From: Candidatus Binatus sp.
Lineage (GTDB): Bacteria > Desulfobacterota > Binatia > Binatales > Binataceae
NCBI RefSeq assembly: GCF_049584895.1
Contig: NZ_JBAUYR010000001.1
Coordinates: forward strand, 321 to 64,320
Direction of reading: 5' to 3'
Length of the DNA stretch: 64,000 nt
Below, one piece after another: positions 35,331-45,237 of the stretch (the first letter of the stretch is position 1; each line of letters opens with the position of its first letter). The notes beneath the pieces are model-generated. The model saw only the letters and a list, made by a program, of their open reading frames with translations, was not told the DNA's origin and ran no database searches. Both the position numbers and the translations under genes were made by a program.

Positions 35331-36188
35331 ATGCTGTCCCATTTTCAAGCGGCTGTATTGGGCGTGCTGCAAGGTGTCTCAGAGCTATTCCCGATTTCGA
35401 GCTTAGGTCATAGCGTGATTTTGCCCGGCCTTTTGGGCTGGCCAATCGATCAAAACGCGGACTACTTTGTGACGTTTGTCGTGGCAACGCATTTCGCAAC
35501 GGCGTTAACCCTCTTCATTGTATATTGGGATGATTGGGCTCGCATCGTATCCGGACTGCTCGGCTCCATATGGGCGCGGGAGTTCAGGCCTACAAATCCT
35601 GGCGCGAAATTAGGTTTGCTGTTGATCATTGGCACTGTTCCGGCAGGTGCAGCCGGGCTTGTCTTCCAAAAGCAACTGCAGGAGCTCTTCATCTCGCCGG
35701 CGGCAGCCGCGCTTTTTCTCATGTTAAATGGCGGGTTGCTCTATTTGGCAGAGCGCCTGAGAAGAACCGCCAAGCCGAGCGAAGAGTTCGACCGCATAGA
35801 CAGGCGGATTGCCGCCCGGATGTCGTGGTGGCAGGCCGCGAAGGTCGGAATAGCGCAGGTGCTCGCCCTGTTACCGGGATTTTCGCGAACCGGATCGACG
35901 ATTGCCGGTGGACTTTTGATCGGTTTCTCTCATGAAGAAGCGCTCAGATTCTCGTTTCTTTTGGCCACCCCGATAATTGGAGCGGCTGCCCTTCTCAAGC
36001 TACCCGTGCTCTTCCATTCGGGCAGCGTTGCGGCGATCGAGAATGCCTTGCTGGGCGCGGTCTGCGCGGCAGCCGCCGCATCCGTTTCCATTAAGATTCT
36101 GACGAGATATTTCCACACCAAGACCCTTACTCCGTTTGCAATCTATTGTGCCGCCGTCGGCTTGCTGAGCTTGATCGCGCTAGGCTGA
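35331..36188 (+). CDS. uppP: undecaprenyl-diphosphate phosphatase
   Basis: 285-aa polytopic membrane protein. VLQGVSELFPISSLGHSVI and PGFSRTGSTIAGGL are the two conserved BacA/UppP motifs. Confidence 0.9.
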   Translation: MLSHFQAAVLGVLQGVSELFPISSLGHSVILPGLLGWPIDQNADYFVTFVVATHFATALTLFIVYWDDWARIVSGLLGSIWAREFRPTNPGAKLGLLLIIGTVPAGAAGLVFQKQLQELFISPAAAALFLMLNGGLLYLAERLRRTAKPSEEFDRIDRRIAARMSWWQAAKVGIAQVLALLPGFSRTGSTIAGGLLIGFSHEEALRFSFLLATPIIGAAALLKLPVLFHSGSVAAIENALLGAVCAAAAASVSIKILTRYFHTKTLTPFAIYCAAVGLLSLIALG

Positions 36189-36289
36189 TTGCCGACACGC
36201 CTGACCGCGATTGGATTGCAAGATGAGGTCGGGATTGAACGGCTGCCTCACACCACTTCGATGAAAGCGGAGCACTTAACCAATTCGAG

Positions 36290-38029
36290 ATGAATGAATA
36301 CAAGTCCGTGAATGAAAATAAGGATGATGATCGAGCCACCTCCGATCGTTTCGATCGAGTTTTCTGGGAACGCTTTTGGCGCTTGGTCCGCCCGTACTGG
36401 GCATCGGATAGACGCGGCCGAGCTTTCGTGCTGGTTTCGGCAATGACGGTGTTGAATCTGGGCACGGTTGGGATGCAGGCGGTTTTCAGTTACGTGTCGC
36501 GCGACGTGATGAACGCGCTGCAAGCGAAGGACGCCGCACGGTTTCATCATCTCTTGATGCTATTCGCGCTTTGGATCGTGGTCTTCGTGCCCATCGCCGC
36601 CTTATACCCATACTTGAGCGGACTCCTCAGCATCGACTGGCGGGATTGGATGACGGAGAGGTTCGTGAAGGGCATGCTGCAGGGCAACGCGCTTTACTAC
36701 ATCATGCGCGATCGTACGGTCGACAATCCCGACCAGCGGATCAGCGAAGACGTCAACAGTTTTGGCAGCGGTGCGCTCAGCTACTCGATGACGGTGCTGC
36801 AAGCGGTCGTAACCGCAATGGCGTTTTTCGGAATCCTCTGGGGAATCTCGCGATGGCTGGCCGCAAGCTTGATCGGTTATTCGCTGGCGGGCAGCTGGTT
36901 GGCCGTGGTGATCGGCCGCCGCCTGGTGGTGATCAACTTCAATCAGCAACGTTACGAAGCCGACTACCGGTTCGCATTAGTCCACGCGCGCGACAATGCG
37001 GAAGCGATCGCGCTGTACAACGGGGCGCGCGATGAAGCTCAACAACTGCGGCAGCGCTTTGCCAAGGTTGTCGACAATTTCAAGCTGCTCATTCTATGGC
37101 AGCGCCATTTGACCCTTTTCACCGCCGCCTATGACAACGCGGCAGGCCTCGTGCCATATTTCGTGTTGGCCGGCGCCTACTTTTCCGGACGTTTTGCGTT
37201 GGGCGAATTTACCCAAGCGGCGTATGCATTTTCGGTTCTGCAGGGTTCGATGTCGCTGGTAGTCGATCAATTCCAGGCACTTACCGACTACGCATCGGTG
37301 GTTAATCGTCTGGCTGTATTCGAGGAGTCCTGTGAAAAGGCAGCCACCAAGGAGAGCGATGACCAGCGGCAAATCGAGGTGGTCGAAGATGACTCACAGA
37401 TTGCTCTTAAGAACATCACCCTGGAGACGCCGGATCGGGTGCGAGTTTTGCAGCAGGATATTTCGCTCGCGGTCGCCGATGGCGACGCTCTGTTGGTCAC
37501 CGGTCCGACCGGTGCGGGCAAGACCTCACTCATGAGGGCTGTCGCGGGCCTATGGAGAGCCGGCAGCGGGCGGATCTTGCGGCCGTCGGTGAATCATATC
37601 CTGTTCATGCCGCAAAAGCCTTATTTGATCCTGGGCTCGATTCGCCAACAGATTCAGTACCCACGGGCCGACGCTGTCAGCGACGAAACCCTCATGGAAG
37701 TGCTGCGGGAAGTCGACCTTGCCTATCTCCCCGGCCGGTTTGGCGGTCTCGACGCCGAGCTCAACTGGGCGGACTTGCTGTCGGGCGGCGAGCAGCAGCG
37801 TCTGGCTTTCGCGCGGCTCCTCCTCAGTAGACCGCGCTTTGCAATCCTCGACGAAGCAACCAGCGCGCTCGATATTGCCTCTGAAGAGCGCTTGTACTCG
37901 CGCCTTGCGAGCCTGCCCATCGCCTTCATCAGCATCGGGCACAGGCCCAGCCTGCGCAAATTCCATAAGCAGGTGATCGAGCTGTCCCTTGGCGTCGAGT
38001 CCACAACCGAAAGTGCGCTGCTTTCCTGA
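36290..38029 (+). CDS. fused ABC transporter permease/ATP-binding protein (ABCD / YddA-SbmA-like type)
   Basis: 579 aa. An N-terminal transmembrane domain is followed by Walker A GPTGAGKTS, the signature LSGGEQQRLAFARLLL and Walker B FAILDEATSALD. Confidence 0.85.
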   Translation: MNEYKSVNENKDDDRATSDRFDRVFWERFWRLVRPYWASDRRGRAFVLVSAMTVLNLGTVGMQAVFSYVSRDVMNALQAKDAARFHHLLMLFALWIVVFVPIAALYPYLSGLLSIDWRDWMTERFVKGMLQGNALYYIMRDRTVDNPDQRISEDVNSFGSGALSYSMTVLQAVVTAMAFFGILWGISRWLAASLIGYSLAGSWLAVVIGRRLVVINFNQQRYEADYRFALVHARDNAEAIALYNGARDEAQQLRQRFAKVVDNFKLLILWQRHLTLFTAAYDNAAGLVPYFVLAGAYFSGRFALGEFTQAAYAFSVLQGSMSLVVDQFQALTDYASVVNRLAVFEESCEKAATKESDDQRQIEVVEDDSQIALKNITLETPDRVRVLQQDISLAVADGDALLVTGPTGAGKTSLMRAVAGLWRAGSGRILRPSVNHILFMPQKPYLILGSIRQQIQYPRADAVSDETLMEVLREVDLAYLPGRFGGLDAELNWADLLSGGEQQRLAFARLLLSRPRFAILDEATSALDIASEERLYSRLASLPIAFISIGHRPSLRKFHKQVIELSLGVESTTESALLS

Positions 38030-38219
38030 AGGCAGGGCTCGGGTCGCAGGTACTGGCTGAACCAAGGCACTGAGCAAATCGACAAGGACATTGCTGACAT
38101 CGATGCCCTGGGAGCGCAAAGCTGATTTCGAATGAAGCCCCGCCACGCTGCCGCGCTCGGGCTTGTGATTGCCGTTGTTGGTGCAGGCTGTGCGCGGCCC
38201 ATTTGTGAAGCCAATGATT

Positions 38220-38470
38220 CGCCGCGAGGCGTTCGTAGCGATGGTGCAACCCACCGACTTGTGGAACGGCGATGATTCGTCCGTTCTGTGGCGACTGGAT
38301 CGGTCGCCAGTGCAAGACAGTCTTTGTCCAGTGAAAGATGCGTCCGGGTGCCGTGGCCAGTAGGGAGCTATTTCGATCGTAGCCGGTTCCGTTCGCACGC
38401 GGCGAACGAGGTCCAAGCACTCCCGTCGAATCGAACCAATGACTCTCTCGAAGTAGGCGTTCTGCTTCAT
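38220..38470 (-). mobile_element. 3'-terminal remnant of a transposase (rve integrase-core C-terminus), frameshifted, with no inverted repeats seen
   Basis: One frame reads KQNAYFERVIGSIRRECLD. The next reads ...RPIQSPQNGRIIAVPQVGGLHHRYERLAA. Together these form the conserved tail (QN.Y.ER.IGSIRRECLD ... GGLHH.YER) of DDE transposases. The catalytic core is missing. Confidence 0.55.
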
Positions 38471-38532
38471 GCGGCAACTTACGGTCCAACATTTGCGTGT
38501 TGGGCTAGGTACGACATCAGGAGGTCAATCGC

Positions 38533-39276
38533 ATGTTGTTCGCCCCCTTTCTTTTCATCTACGTACTCATTTGCGTGGCCCTTTTGGCCGGGCTTTTCAT
38601 CCTGATCGAACTCGAGGTGATCAGTTATGCATTTTTGGTTCTAGGCCTTTCGCCCAGGGCTGCGATTCTGGCTTTGTTCGCGAGTCTCATAGGCAGCTAT
38701 ATCAACATTCCTCTCTACGCCGTCCCGTCCGATGCTATTCCGACCGCGACCACGGTGAACAATTTCGGCGTGCTCTATCAAATTCCCATGCAATACGCCG
38801 GCTCGAGTACCACGGTCGCGATAAATGTCGGTGGTGCGCTGATTCCACTATTTATCTGTGCCTATGCGTTGTTCCGATGGCCATCGGCCCTCCTGCCGTC
38901 AGTACTGGGAACGGCACTCGTCGCATACGTGGCTCATCAGTTTGCCTACCCGGTGGAAGGACTCGGGATTGCACTTCCATTGTTTATTCCGCCGCTTACG
39001 GCAGCGATCGTCGCGGTTTTGATTGGCAAAGCCATGGGAGCGAGGGACAGCCTGCACGTGATCGCGTACGTCAGTGGCGTCCTCGGCACGCTGATCGGAG
39101 CTGATCTGACCAACCTGAACAGAATCGCCGAGCTCAGGACCCCGGTCGCGTCAATTGGTGGCATGGGAACTTTCGATGGCGTGTTTCTTACCGGGATTGT
39201 GGCGGTACTACTTGCTGGCGCTGGCCGCAGACGTGCGGTTGAGCCCTATGAAGAGGTTGTGATCAGTCGCGAGTAA
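38533..39276 (+). CDS. DUF1614-like integral membrane protein
   Basis: 247 aa with a strong RBS (AGGAGG). It is multi-pass hydrophobic. The N-terminal ...ELEVISYAFLVLGLSP..A...LFASLIGSYINIPL resembles DUF1614. Confidence 0.55.
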   Translation: MLFAPFLFIYVLICVALLAGLFILIELEVISYAFLVLGLSPRAAILALFASLIGSYINIPLYAVPSDAIPTATTVNNFGVLYQIPMQYAGSSTTVAINVGGALIPLFICAYALFRWPSALLPSVLGTALVAYVAHQFAYPVEGLGIALPLFIPPLTAAIVAVLIGKAMGARDSLHVIAYVSGVLGTLIGADLTNLNRIAELRTPVASIGGMGTFDGVFLTGIVAVLLAGAGRRRAVEPYEEVVISRE

Positions 39277-39287
39277 CGTGACCGAGG

Positions 39288-39324
39288 CTCGGCGGAGTCA
39301 GCGAATGGCGCCGACTCCGCCGAG
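39288..39324 (+). terminator. 12-bp-stem hairpin after the DUF1614 gene
   Basis: CTCGGCGGAGTC (39288-39299) pairs with GACTCCGCCGAG (39313-39324). The hairpin starts 12 nt after the stop and is followed by the T-rich CATTTCACTTTCCCTT. Confidence 0.4.
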
Positions 39325-39448
39325 CATTTCACTTTCCCTTGCCACAGCAATCTCTGTAGAGCTTCAGGGATCCGCACGGGCATGGTTCAATTGGGTGTGG
39401 CATTGCAACACCTCCTGTAACGGTTAGTTCCCCAAATTCGAGACTCAG

Positions 39449-39946
39449 CTACTTATTCTTTGAGCTGGCGTTGCTGCCGTTGCCGCCGCCATTCCCGCTT
39501 TGAACCTGAACCTTCTTGGTCGAGGTTTCCTTTGGAATTGGCACAGTCAATTCGAGGATTCCGTTTTTGTAAGATGCCTTAATCCCTTCGCCGGTCGTCC
39601 CAGGCGGGAGCGTGATCGAGCGTTCCATTTCCTCGTGGCTGATCTCCCGCTGCAGAAAGTCGCGACCCTTCTCCTCATGCTGATCTTCACGAGCGCCGCG
39701 AATCGTCAGCATGTTTCCATTGACCGTCACTTCGATGTCTTTCGGATCCATACCCGGCATCTCCGCCCGCACCACCATCTTGTCGCCCTCGACGTACGAC
39801 TCGATCGCCGGTTCTTTCAGCAGCGCGTTAAGACGCTGCATCGAGCGCGGTGTTCCTCCGAGGAACCTGTCAATTAGATCGTCGAACTCGCGCCGTACAT
39901 TCTCCAATGCCGGCGCCGCATGCCTTTCCTGAAGTGCGTTCGCCAT
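39449..39946 (-). CDS. Hsp20/alpha-crystallin family small heat-shock protein
   Basis: 165 aa. The alpha-crystallin domain reads PAIESYVEGDKMVVRAEMPGMDPKDIEVTV.GN.LTIRG...F.R.ITLP...ASYKNGILELTVP. Confidence 0.9.
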   Translation of the reverse strand: MANALQERHAAPALENVRREFDDLIDRFLGGTPRSMQRLNALLKEPAIESYVEGDKMVVRAEMPGMDPKDIEVTVNGNMLTIRGAREDQHEEKGRDFLQREISHEEMERSITLPPGTTGEGIKASYKNGILELTVPIPKETSTKKVQVQSGNGGGNGSNASSKNK

Positions 39947-39994
39947 TGTGTTTACCTCCTGAGCAAAGTTTCAAAAAAATCGGCACGTGGATTG

Positions 39995-40606
39995 TCAAGT
40001 CGCGAATGATGGCTTCTGCGACTGATGCAATGCGCCGCTGTGTCTCAAAAGCTTGAAGCTTAGTCCTATCAACAGGACTCCGAAGACGACGGCCCAGACT
40101 GCGATCAGCCACAGCAGCCCGATTGCTGCCGCGAACGGATTCAACATCAAGAGGAACGCAAAGATGACCGAACAGATGCCGCTCAGCAGCAGCCAGAGCT
40201 CACCCTTCATCACTTTGCGCAGTTCGATTGCCGCGACGATTTCAAGCGCACCGGTCGCGAGGCTCCAGGCCGCAATGTAGATAAGCAGGCCGAGGGCGGT
40301 GACCGCGGGCAAGCGGAAGGTCAACACGCCGACGAATACACCGAGAATTCCTTGCAGCATCGGGAGCCAATGATTTTCCATATGACGCCAATTCGCCAGC
40401 GTGGCGCCGATAATGAAGGCCCCATCCACGAGTGCATACGCGCCGAAAAAGATCACCAGCACCGCTAATGTGATTCCGGGATACGTGAAGGCAATCACAC
40501 CGAATGCGATGGCGAGCAGCCCTCTCAGCAGGAATACCCACCAATATCGCGCCATTGTCGATGCAATATCCTCGACTACAACTTCTTCGACTACCAGTTC
40601 TGCCAT
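39995..40606 (-). CDS. HdeD/DUF308 family membrane protein
   Basis: 203 aa with a strong RBS (AAGGAGAG). YWWVFLLRGLLAIAFGVIAF..P is the DUF308 repeat signature, and the protein has six hydrophobic segments. Confidence 0.75.
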   Translation of the reverse strand: MAELVVEEVVVEDIASTMARYWWVFLLRGLLAIAFGVIAFTYPGITLAVLVIFFGAYALVDGAFIIGATLANWRHMENHWLPMLQGILGVFVGVLTFRLPAVTALGLLIYIAAWSLATGALEIVAAIELRKVMKGELWLLLSGICSVIFAFLLMLNPFAAAIGLLWLIAVWAVVFGVLLIGLSFKLLRHSGALHQSQKPSFAT

Positions 40607-40636
40607 GTCACTCTCCTTTGATGATTAGTGACGCCT

Positions 40637-41485
40637 CTAAAGCACCGGGAGGCGCTGCCGGATTCCGATCGGAAATGCTTCGTCGATCATCGCAAGCTCG
40701 CGCCCGTTCAACCGTAGATCGCCGGCGCCTGCATTTTCTTCGACGTGCTCCGGGCTCGACGCCTTCGGGATCGTGAAGAGCGAGGGTCGCCTGACCAGGA
40801 ACGCGAGCGCGACCTGGCGCGGGGTTGCGTTGTGCTTGGCGGCAATCGCGCTCAACACGCGACCGGCTGACGTGTGCGGGCCCGGAAAAGCCCCCGAATG
40901 GCCGAACGGGCTGTAGCCGACGACAGATACGCCGTGCCGTTCGCACCAGGGAAGCACGGCGTGCTCAATCGATCGTTCTCGCAAGTGATACAGGACCTGA
41001 TTGCATGCGATGCGGGCCGGGCCGACGATGCTCCAGAGCTCATCGAGGTCGCCTACGTCGAAATTGCTCACACCCCACGACAGGATCTTCCCGTCGCGCT
41101 GAAGCGTCTCGAAGCCGGCGACCGTATCTTCCAAGGGATATGGTCCGCGCCAATGCAGCAAGTAGCAGTCGAGCCTGTCGGTCCGGAGCCGGTAGAGCGA
41201 TCTCTCGCAAGCGGCGACGGTACCCTCAATCGAGGCGTTCTCGGGCAGCACCTTCGATACCAGGAAGACCTCATCGCGATGACCGGCAATCGCGCGACCA
41301 ACTAATTCCTCGGCGTCGCCAGAACCGTACATCTCGGCTGTGTCGATATGCGTCATGCCGAGGTCGAGGCCGCGGCGAATCGCAGCGATCGCGCGATCAG
41401 GAATACCGGTGTCGATGTACCAGGTGCCTTGGCCGATAACCGGCACCTCATGCCTGGTGGCGCCGAAGCGATGATATTTCATCAT
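40637..41485 (-). CDS. aldo/keto reductase
   Basis: 282 aa with GQGTW, HIDTAEMYG, CNQVLYHL and FGHSG blocks typical of the AKR family. Confidence 0.9.
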   Translation of the reverse strand: MMKYHRFGATRHEVPVIGQGTWYIDTGIPDRAIAAIRRGLDLGMTHIDTAEMYGSGDAEELVGRAIAGHRDEVFLVSKVLPENASIEGTVAACERSLYRLRTDRLDCYLLHWRGPYPLEDTVAGFETLQRDGKILSWGVSNFDVGDLDELWSIVGPARIACNQVLYHLRERSIEHAVLPWCERHGVSVVGYSPFGHSGAFPGPHTSAGRVLSAIAAKHNATPRQVALAFLVRRPSLFTIPKASSPEHVEENAGAGDLRLNGRELAMIDEAFPIGIRQRLPVL

Positions 41486-42009
41486 GCCCTCAAGGCAGTG
41501 ATTTGTTCGATCGCCGCCAGCATTGAGCCGAGATCGCGAGGGCCGTCGTAGCGCAATCCGTTGATGAAGATCGTCGGAGTGCCATTGACGCCGCTGCGAA
41601 CTCCGCTGAGAAAATCTTCCCGCACGCGCGCGGCGTAGCGGTTCTCAGCCATGTCGTTGACGAACTGATCCAGGTTGCAGCCGACCTCGGCCGCGTAGTC
41701 GATCAGATCCTCGTCTTCAAGCGCATCCTGATGTTCAAACAAACAATCATGCATCTCCCAGAATTTTCCCTGCGCGCCCGCAGCCTCGGCCGCTTCTGCG
41801 GCGTGCAGGGCGTAAGGATGCGCCTCGGCCAGCGGGAAGTGGCGGAACGCGAACAGTAGGGAGCCCGCCAGTGCTTGCCGCAATGCCCTAAGGACGGGCT
41901 CAGCAGCAGCGCAGTAGGGACATTCAAAATCGCCGTATTCCACAACGACGATTTTCGCGTTCCACGGACCGATAACATGATCGCGTTTGCCGACTGGTGG
42001 GGTGAGCAT
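41482..42009 (-). CDS. DsbA-like thioredoxin-fold protein
   Basis: The start is at MLTPPVGK (42009), with AGGAGA 6 nt upstream. The active site is GDFECPYCAAAEP. GTPTIFING lies near the C-terminus. Confidence 0.75.
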   Translation of the reverse strand: MLTPPVGKRDHVIGPWNAKIVVVEYGDFECPYCAAAEPVLRALRQALAGSLLFAFRHFPLAEAHPYALHAAEAAEAAGAQGKFWEMHDCLFEHQDALEDEDLIDYAAEVGCNLDQFVNDMAENRYAARVREDFLSGVRSGVNGTPTIFINGLRYDGPRDLGSMLAAIEQITALRA

Positions 42010-42065
42010 GACGTGTCTCCTGTTTGTTTGAATAAATCCTGCGCCGATTAAGTTCGCGCCGGCGA

Positions 42066-42641
42066 TCAAGCGTGAGTCTGGCGAGAATGTTCGCTTGCTG
42101 TGGCGGCTTGGCCGAACAACTTGATCATCTCGCGGTTGAACGCTGGAATGTCGTCGGGCTTGCGACTGGACACGAGGTTCCTATCGACCACAACTTCCTG
42201 GTCCATCCATTCCGCACCGGCATTCCGAAGATCAGTCTTGAGTGACGGCCACGATGCGATCCGGCGTCCTTTCGCGGCTCCGGCCTCAATCACTGTCCAT
42301 GGGCCGTGGCAGATAGCGGCGACCGGCTTGCCGGCGTCGAAGAACTCCTTTATGAATGCGACCGCTTTCGGAATTATTCGTAGAGCGTCGGGGTTCATGA
42401 CGCCTCCGGGCAGCAGCAGCGCGTCGAAGTTTCGCGAAGAGGCTTTGTCCAGTGGCACATCGACCGGTATCACCTCGCCCCAATCCGTGAATTTCCAGGC
42501 TTTGACGCGTTGGTCCTTGGGCGAAACGACGCGCGTCTCGGCGCCGGCTTGATTGAGAGCCTTGCGCGGTTCGAGGAGTTCAACCTGCTCGAAACCGTCG
42601 GTGACCAGTATCGCGACTTTCAGTCCTTTAAGATTTTCCAT
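42066..42641 (-). CDS. DJ-1/PfpI family (type 1 glutamine [20 protein letters not shown]) protein
   Basis: 191 aa. The nucleophile elbow is AAICHGPW, with the DALLLPGG motif. Confidence 0.85.
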   Translation of the reverse strand: MENLKGLKVAILVTDGFEQVELLEPRKALNQAGAETRVVSPKDQRVKAWKFTDWGEVIPVDVPLDKASSRNFDALLLPGGVMNPDALRIIPKAVAFIKEFFDAGKPVAAICHGPWTVIEAGAAKGRRIASWPSLKTDLRNAGAEWMDQEVVVDRNLVSSRKPDDIPAFNREMIKLFGQAATASEHSRQTHA

Positions 42642-42686
42642 TGTAAACCTCAGGTCGTAAAAAATTTCTCAAGTGACCACATATGT

Positions 42687-43733
42687 TCAGGTCTGATGAG
42701 TTCGCAGCACGATCTTGCCAAGCACGTGACCGGCTGCCAGCCGTTCATGTGCCTTCGCCGCATCGGCGAGGGGGTAAGCAGCAGCAATCGGGACCTGAAG
42801 CTTGGCCGCTTCGACGGCGCGTCCCAGGCGATCGAACTCGTGAACGCCCGGAACGGCGTCATAGGGGATGACCTGCATTTTGGGCCGCTTCTTTGGCTCC
42901 GGGTCTATTCCGTTTGGATAGGCGAGGCGGCCACCGGGTCGGAGCGTATCGAGGCATCGCTCCAGAGCCTCACCACCAGCCAGGCCAAGCACGGCATCGA
43001 TGCCGTCGGGTGCGAACTCGCGTGCGGCGGCGACGATATCGCTGTGGCGTCCGTCCATCACCATGTCCGCTCCGAGGCGGCGGGCGAAATCCATGCCGTC
43101 CTGGCCCGACGCGGTCGCAAGCACTCGCGCCTCGCGCAGCTTGGCGAACTGCACGGCCAGACTTCCCACGCCGCCAGTCGAGCCGTGTATGATGATGGTT
43201 TCGCCTTTCTTTAGATGTAGTGCGTCGTCGATGCCCTGGAGCGCGGTGAGCCCGGTGGTCGGGATTGCGCCCGCGTGCTCGAGGTCGAGCGTCTTCGGTA
43301 TATGAGCAGTCATTTTGGCGGAGACCACTACGTATTCAGCGTAAAAGCCGCCCTTGCGGTTTTCGAACGCATACGAATACACGCGATCGTCAAGTTTGAA
43401 ACGGCGCACCCCTGAGCCAATCGCCGCAATAACCCCGGAGCCATCGGTGCCAAGCACCAGCGGGAACTTTTTTCGACTGCTTGCGAGGCTGCCATCGCGC
43501 ATCTCAGCGTCCCACACTCCGACGCCTGCAGTATCGACTGCGATCAGCACCTCTCCCGCGTCGGGCATCGGCGTCGGCAGAGTGTGGAGCGTGAGGACCT
43601 CGGGTCCGCCAAAACGATCAATCGCGGCAGCCTGCATAGTCGCGGGGATGTTGGATTCGGCTATTCGGCTTCGCGAATGATCGCGGGCCACTGGATGCGT
43701 TTTTGTTTTTCGTGCTGCCGTGGTGGTAGCCAT
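42687..43733 (-). CDS. zinc-independent MDR-family NADPH:quinone oxidoreductase
   Basis: 348 aa with a strong RBS (AAGGAGAG) at the long start. It has MQAAAIDRFGGPEVL, the GxGxxG-like IIHGSTGGVGSLAVQ and the C-terminal GHVLGKIVL. Confidence 0.85.
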   Translation of the reverse strand: MATTTAARKTKTHPVARDHSRSRIAESNIPATMQAAAIDRFGGPEVLTLHTLPTPMPDAGEVLIAVDTAGVGVWDAEMRDGSLASSRKKFPLVLGTDGSGVIAAIGSGVRRFKLDDRVYSYAFENRKGGFYAEYVVVSAKMTAHIPKTLDLEHAGAIPTTGLTALQGIDDALHLKKGETIIIHGSTGGVGSLAVQFAKLREARVLATASGQDGMDFARRLGADMVMDGRHSDIVAAAREFAPDGIDAVLGLAGGEALERCLDTLRPGGRLAYPNGIDPEPKKRPKMQVIPYDAVPGVHEFDRLGRAVEAAKLQVPIAAAYPLADAAKAHERLAAGHVLGKIVLRTHQT

Positions 43734-43744
43734 TGGTGCTCTCC

Positions 43745-44275
43745 TTAAGAGCGTGACGCTTCGCGGGTTGACGCCTGCTGCCGAGGCGCGAGACCTTCAA
43801 GAGCGGTGAGAATACCGTCGGCGCCGGGATTCACTCCGATAGGTGACAGGTAGCTCCATCGGATCGTTCCCTCGGAATCGATCACGAACAATGCGCGCTC
43901 GCATACGCCGTCCTGGTGCCGATACGCGCCGTAGCTCTGTGCCGTCTCTCCTTTAGGGTGGAAATCAGCGAGCAGCGGGAAGTGCAGTCTGCGATCCTTG
44001 GCGTACGCGGCATGACACCAGGCGCCGTCGACCGAGATACCGAGCAGCGCGGCGCCGAAGCGCCTGAACTCCGGCAATACCTCGTTGTACAGAGCCAACT
44101 GATCGCCGCACACAGGGCTCCAGTCCGCGGGGTAGAACGCGAGGATCACAGGCGCGCCGCGAAAATCACTCAACGAAACGGATTGGTCCGGCGTGCACTT
44201 CAGGGTGAAGTCCGGCGCCTTGGTTCCGGGTCCCAGAACCGATTTGCCATTGTTGGTGGTCTGATCGTTTTTCAT
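43745..44275 (-). CDS. peroxiredoxin (AhpC/TSA-redoxin family)
   Basis: The start is at MKNDQTT (44275), which avoids overlap with the upstream gene. APDFTL...PVILAFYPADWSPVCGDQL carries the peroxidatic Cys. Confidence 0.8.
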   Translation of the reverse strand: MKNDQTTNNGKSVLGPGTKAPDFTLKCTPDQSVSLSDFRGAPVILAFYPADWSPVCGDQLALYNEVLPEFRRFGAALLGISVDGAWCHAAYAKDRRLHFPLLADFHPKGETAQSYGAYRHQDGVCERALFVIDSEGTIRWSYLSPIGVNPGADGILTALEGLAPRQQASTREASRS

Positions 44276-44297
44276 CGGTGGCTTTCCTCTGTGTGAT

Positions 44298-44552
44298 TTA
44301 AGTGCCTGGCTTTTCAGCGTCGTGCGCGTGATCGATTGCCTTCTGAACGCGGCGGTTGAGCCGCGCGTAATCCAAAATAACTTTTCCGGAATGCACCGAT
44401 TTGACGGCGTCGAGCGGAACGACGAACTCGCCAGCATTCTCGATGTAGACCACTAGTTGGCTGCCGTCCGGCGCAACCTCACGCACCGCGCCGAACTCCT
44501 CGCCGCCGTCGTAAATGTAGGTTTGATATCCAACTTTAATTTGCTCGTTCAT
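44298..44552 (-). CDS. small conserved hypothetical protein (DUF2171/PRC-barrel-like?)
   Basis: 84-aa ORF packed between the BON and peroxiredoxin genes. The beta-rich pattern ..GEEFGAVREV...QLVVYIENAGEFVVPLDAVKSV..GKVIL supports the call. The family call is tentative. Confidence 0.5.
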   Translation of the reverse strand: MNEQIKVGYQTYIYDGGEEFGAVREVAPDGSQLVVYIENAGEFVVPLDAVKSVHSGKVILDYARLNRRVQKAIDHAHDAEKPGT

Positions 44553-44561
44553 CGCGAAAGC

Positions 44562-45209
44562 TCACGGTTTGACGGTCAGCTTGTTTTCAACCTCGGTGAC
44601 GCCCGGCGTGCGCCAGGCTGCCGCTTCTGCTTCGCCGCGCTCGGCGAACGAGCGGACAGTGCCGGTGAGAATAACCTTGCCGTTGAGGCTCTCGACCGAA
44701 ATGCGGTTCGCGTCGATTTGCGCGCTTCGCTTGAGAGCTTCTTCGATCTTTGCTTTGACTTCCCTGGGCGATGCGCTCGGCGTGATGGCGATCGAATTGG
44801 TGATGCCACGGACGCCCGCGAGCTCTCGCGCGAGGTTCTCGGCCTCCGTTTTCGGAAAGTGGTGATTGACGGTTCCCCCCAGCGTCACCCAGCCATTTGA
44901 AACGGCGACTTTGATGCTGTCGGCGGGGATCCGGTTGTCCATCTTGAACGCCAGTCTTAAGTCCTCGGCGATGTCGGCGTCGGTCCGCTCGTGCATCAGC
45001 TCGACCTCGATCTCGTTGGCGATCGCCACTACTCCGGCGACACGTTTCGCGACACTCTCGGCGCGCCACTTTTCGCCAAGCGTCGGGACACGACCCGTCA
45101 GCGTGACGACACCGTTCTTGGCCGTTACCGCAATGTCGCGCGCGTCGACGCTGGGATCTTCCTCGAGCTCGCGTTCGACGTCGTGGCGCAATTCAAAGTC
45201 GGTCTTCAT
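44562..45209 (-). CDS. BON-domain protein (OsmY-like, three BON repeats)
   Basis: The start is at MKTDFEL (45209), with AGAGG upstream. It carries repeats of the type I.V.V.NG.VTL.G.V......aE..A....GV..V.N.I. Confidence 0.8.
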   Translation of the reverse strand: MKTDFELRHDVERELEEDPSVDARDIAVTAKNGVVTLTGRVPTLGEKWRAESVAKRVAGVVAIANEIEVELMHERTDADIAEDLRLAFKMDNRIPADSIKVAVSNGWVTLGGTVNHHFPKTEAENLARELAGVRGITNSIAITPSASPREVKAKIEEALKRSAQIDANRISVESLNGKVILTGTVRSFAERGEAEAAAWRTPGVTEVENKLTVKP

Positions 45210-45237
45210 ATGGATACCTCTGGCGTTTGTCTCGGCC

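Noticed and set aside
37550-38219. Lower two-thirds of the 306-aa minus-strand ORF, considered as an intact transposase
   Set aside because: Only the first 20 or so residues resemble a transposase. The rest is antisense to the ABC transporter gene. The true remnant continues in another frame (38220-38384).
39981-39995. CGGCAC-N5-TTGT on the plus strand between HdeD and the last hsp20
   Set aside because: It is on the wrong strand for the neighbouring genes, which are all on the minus strand, and it has an imperfect -12 element.
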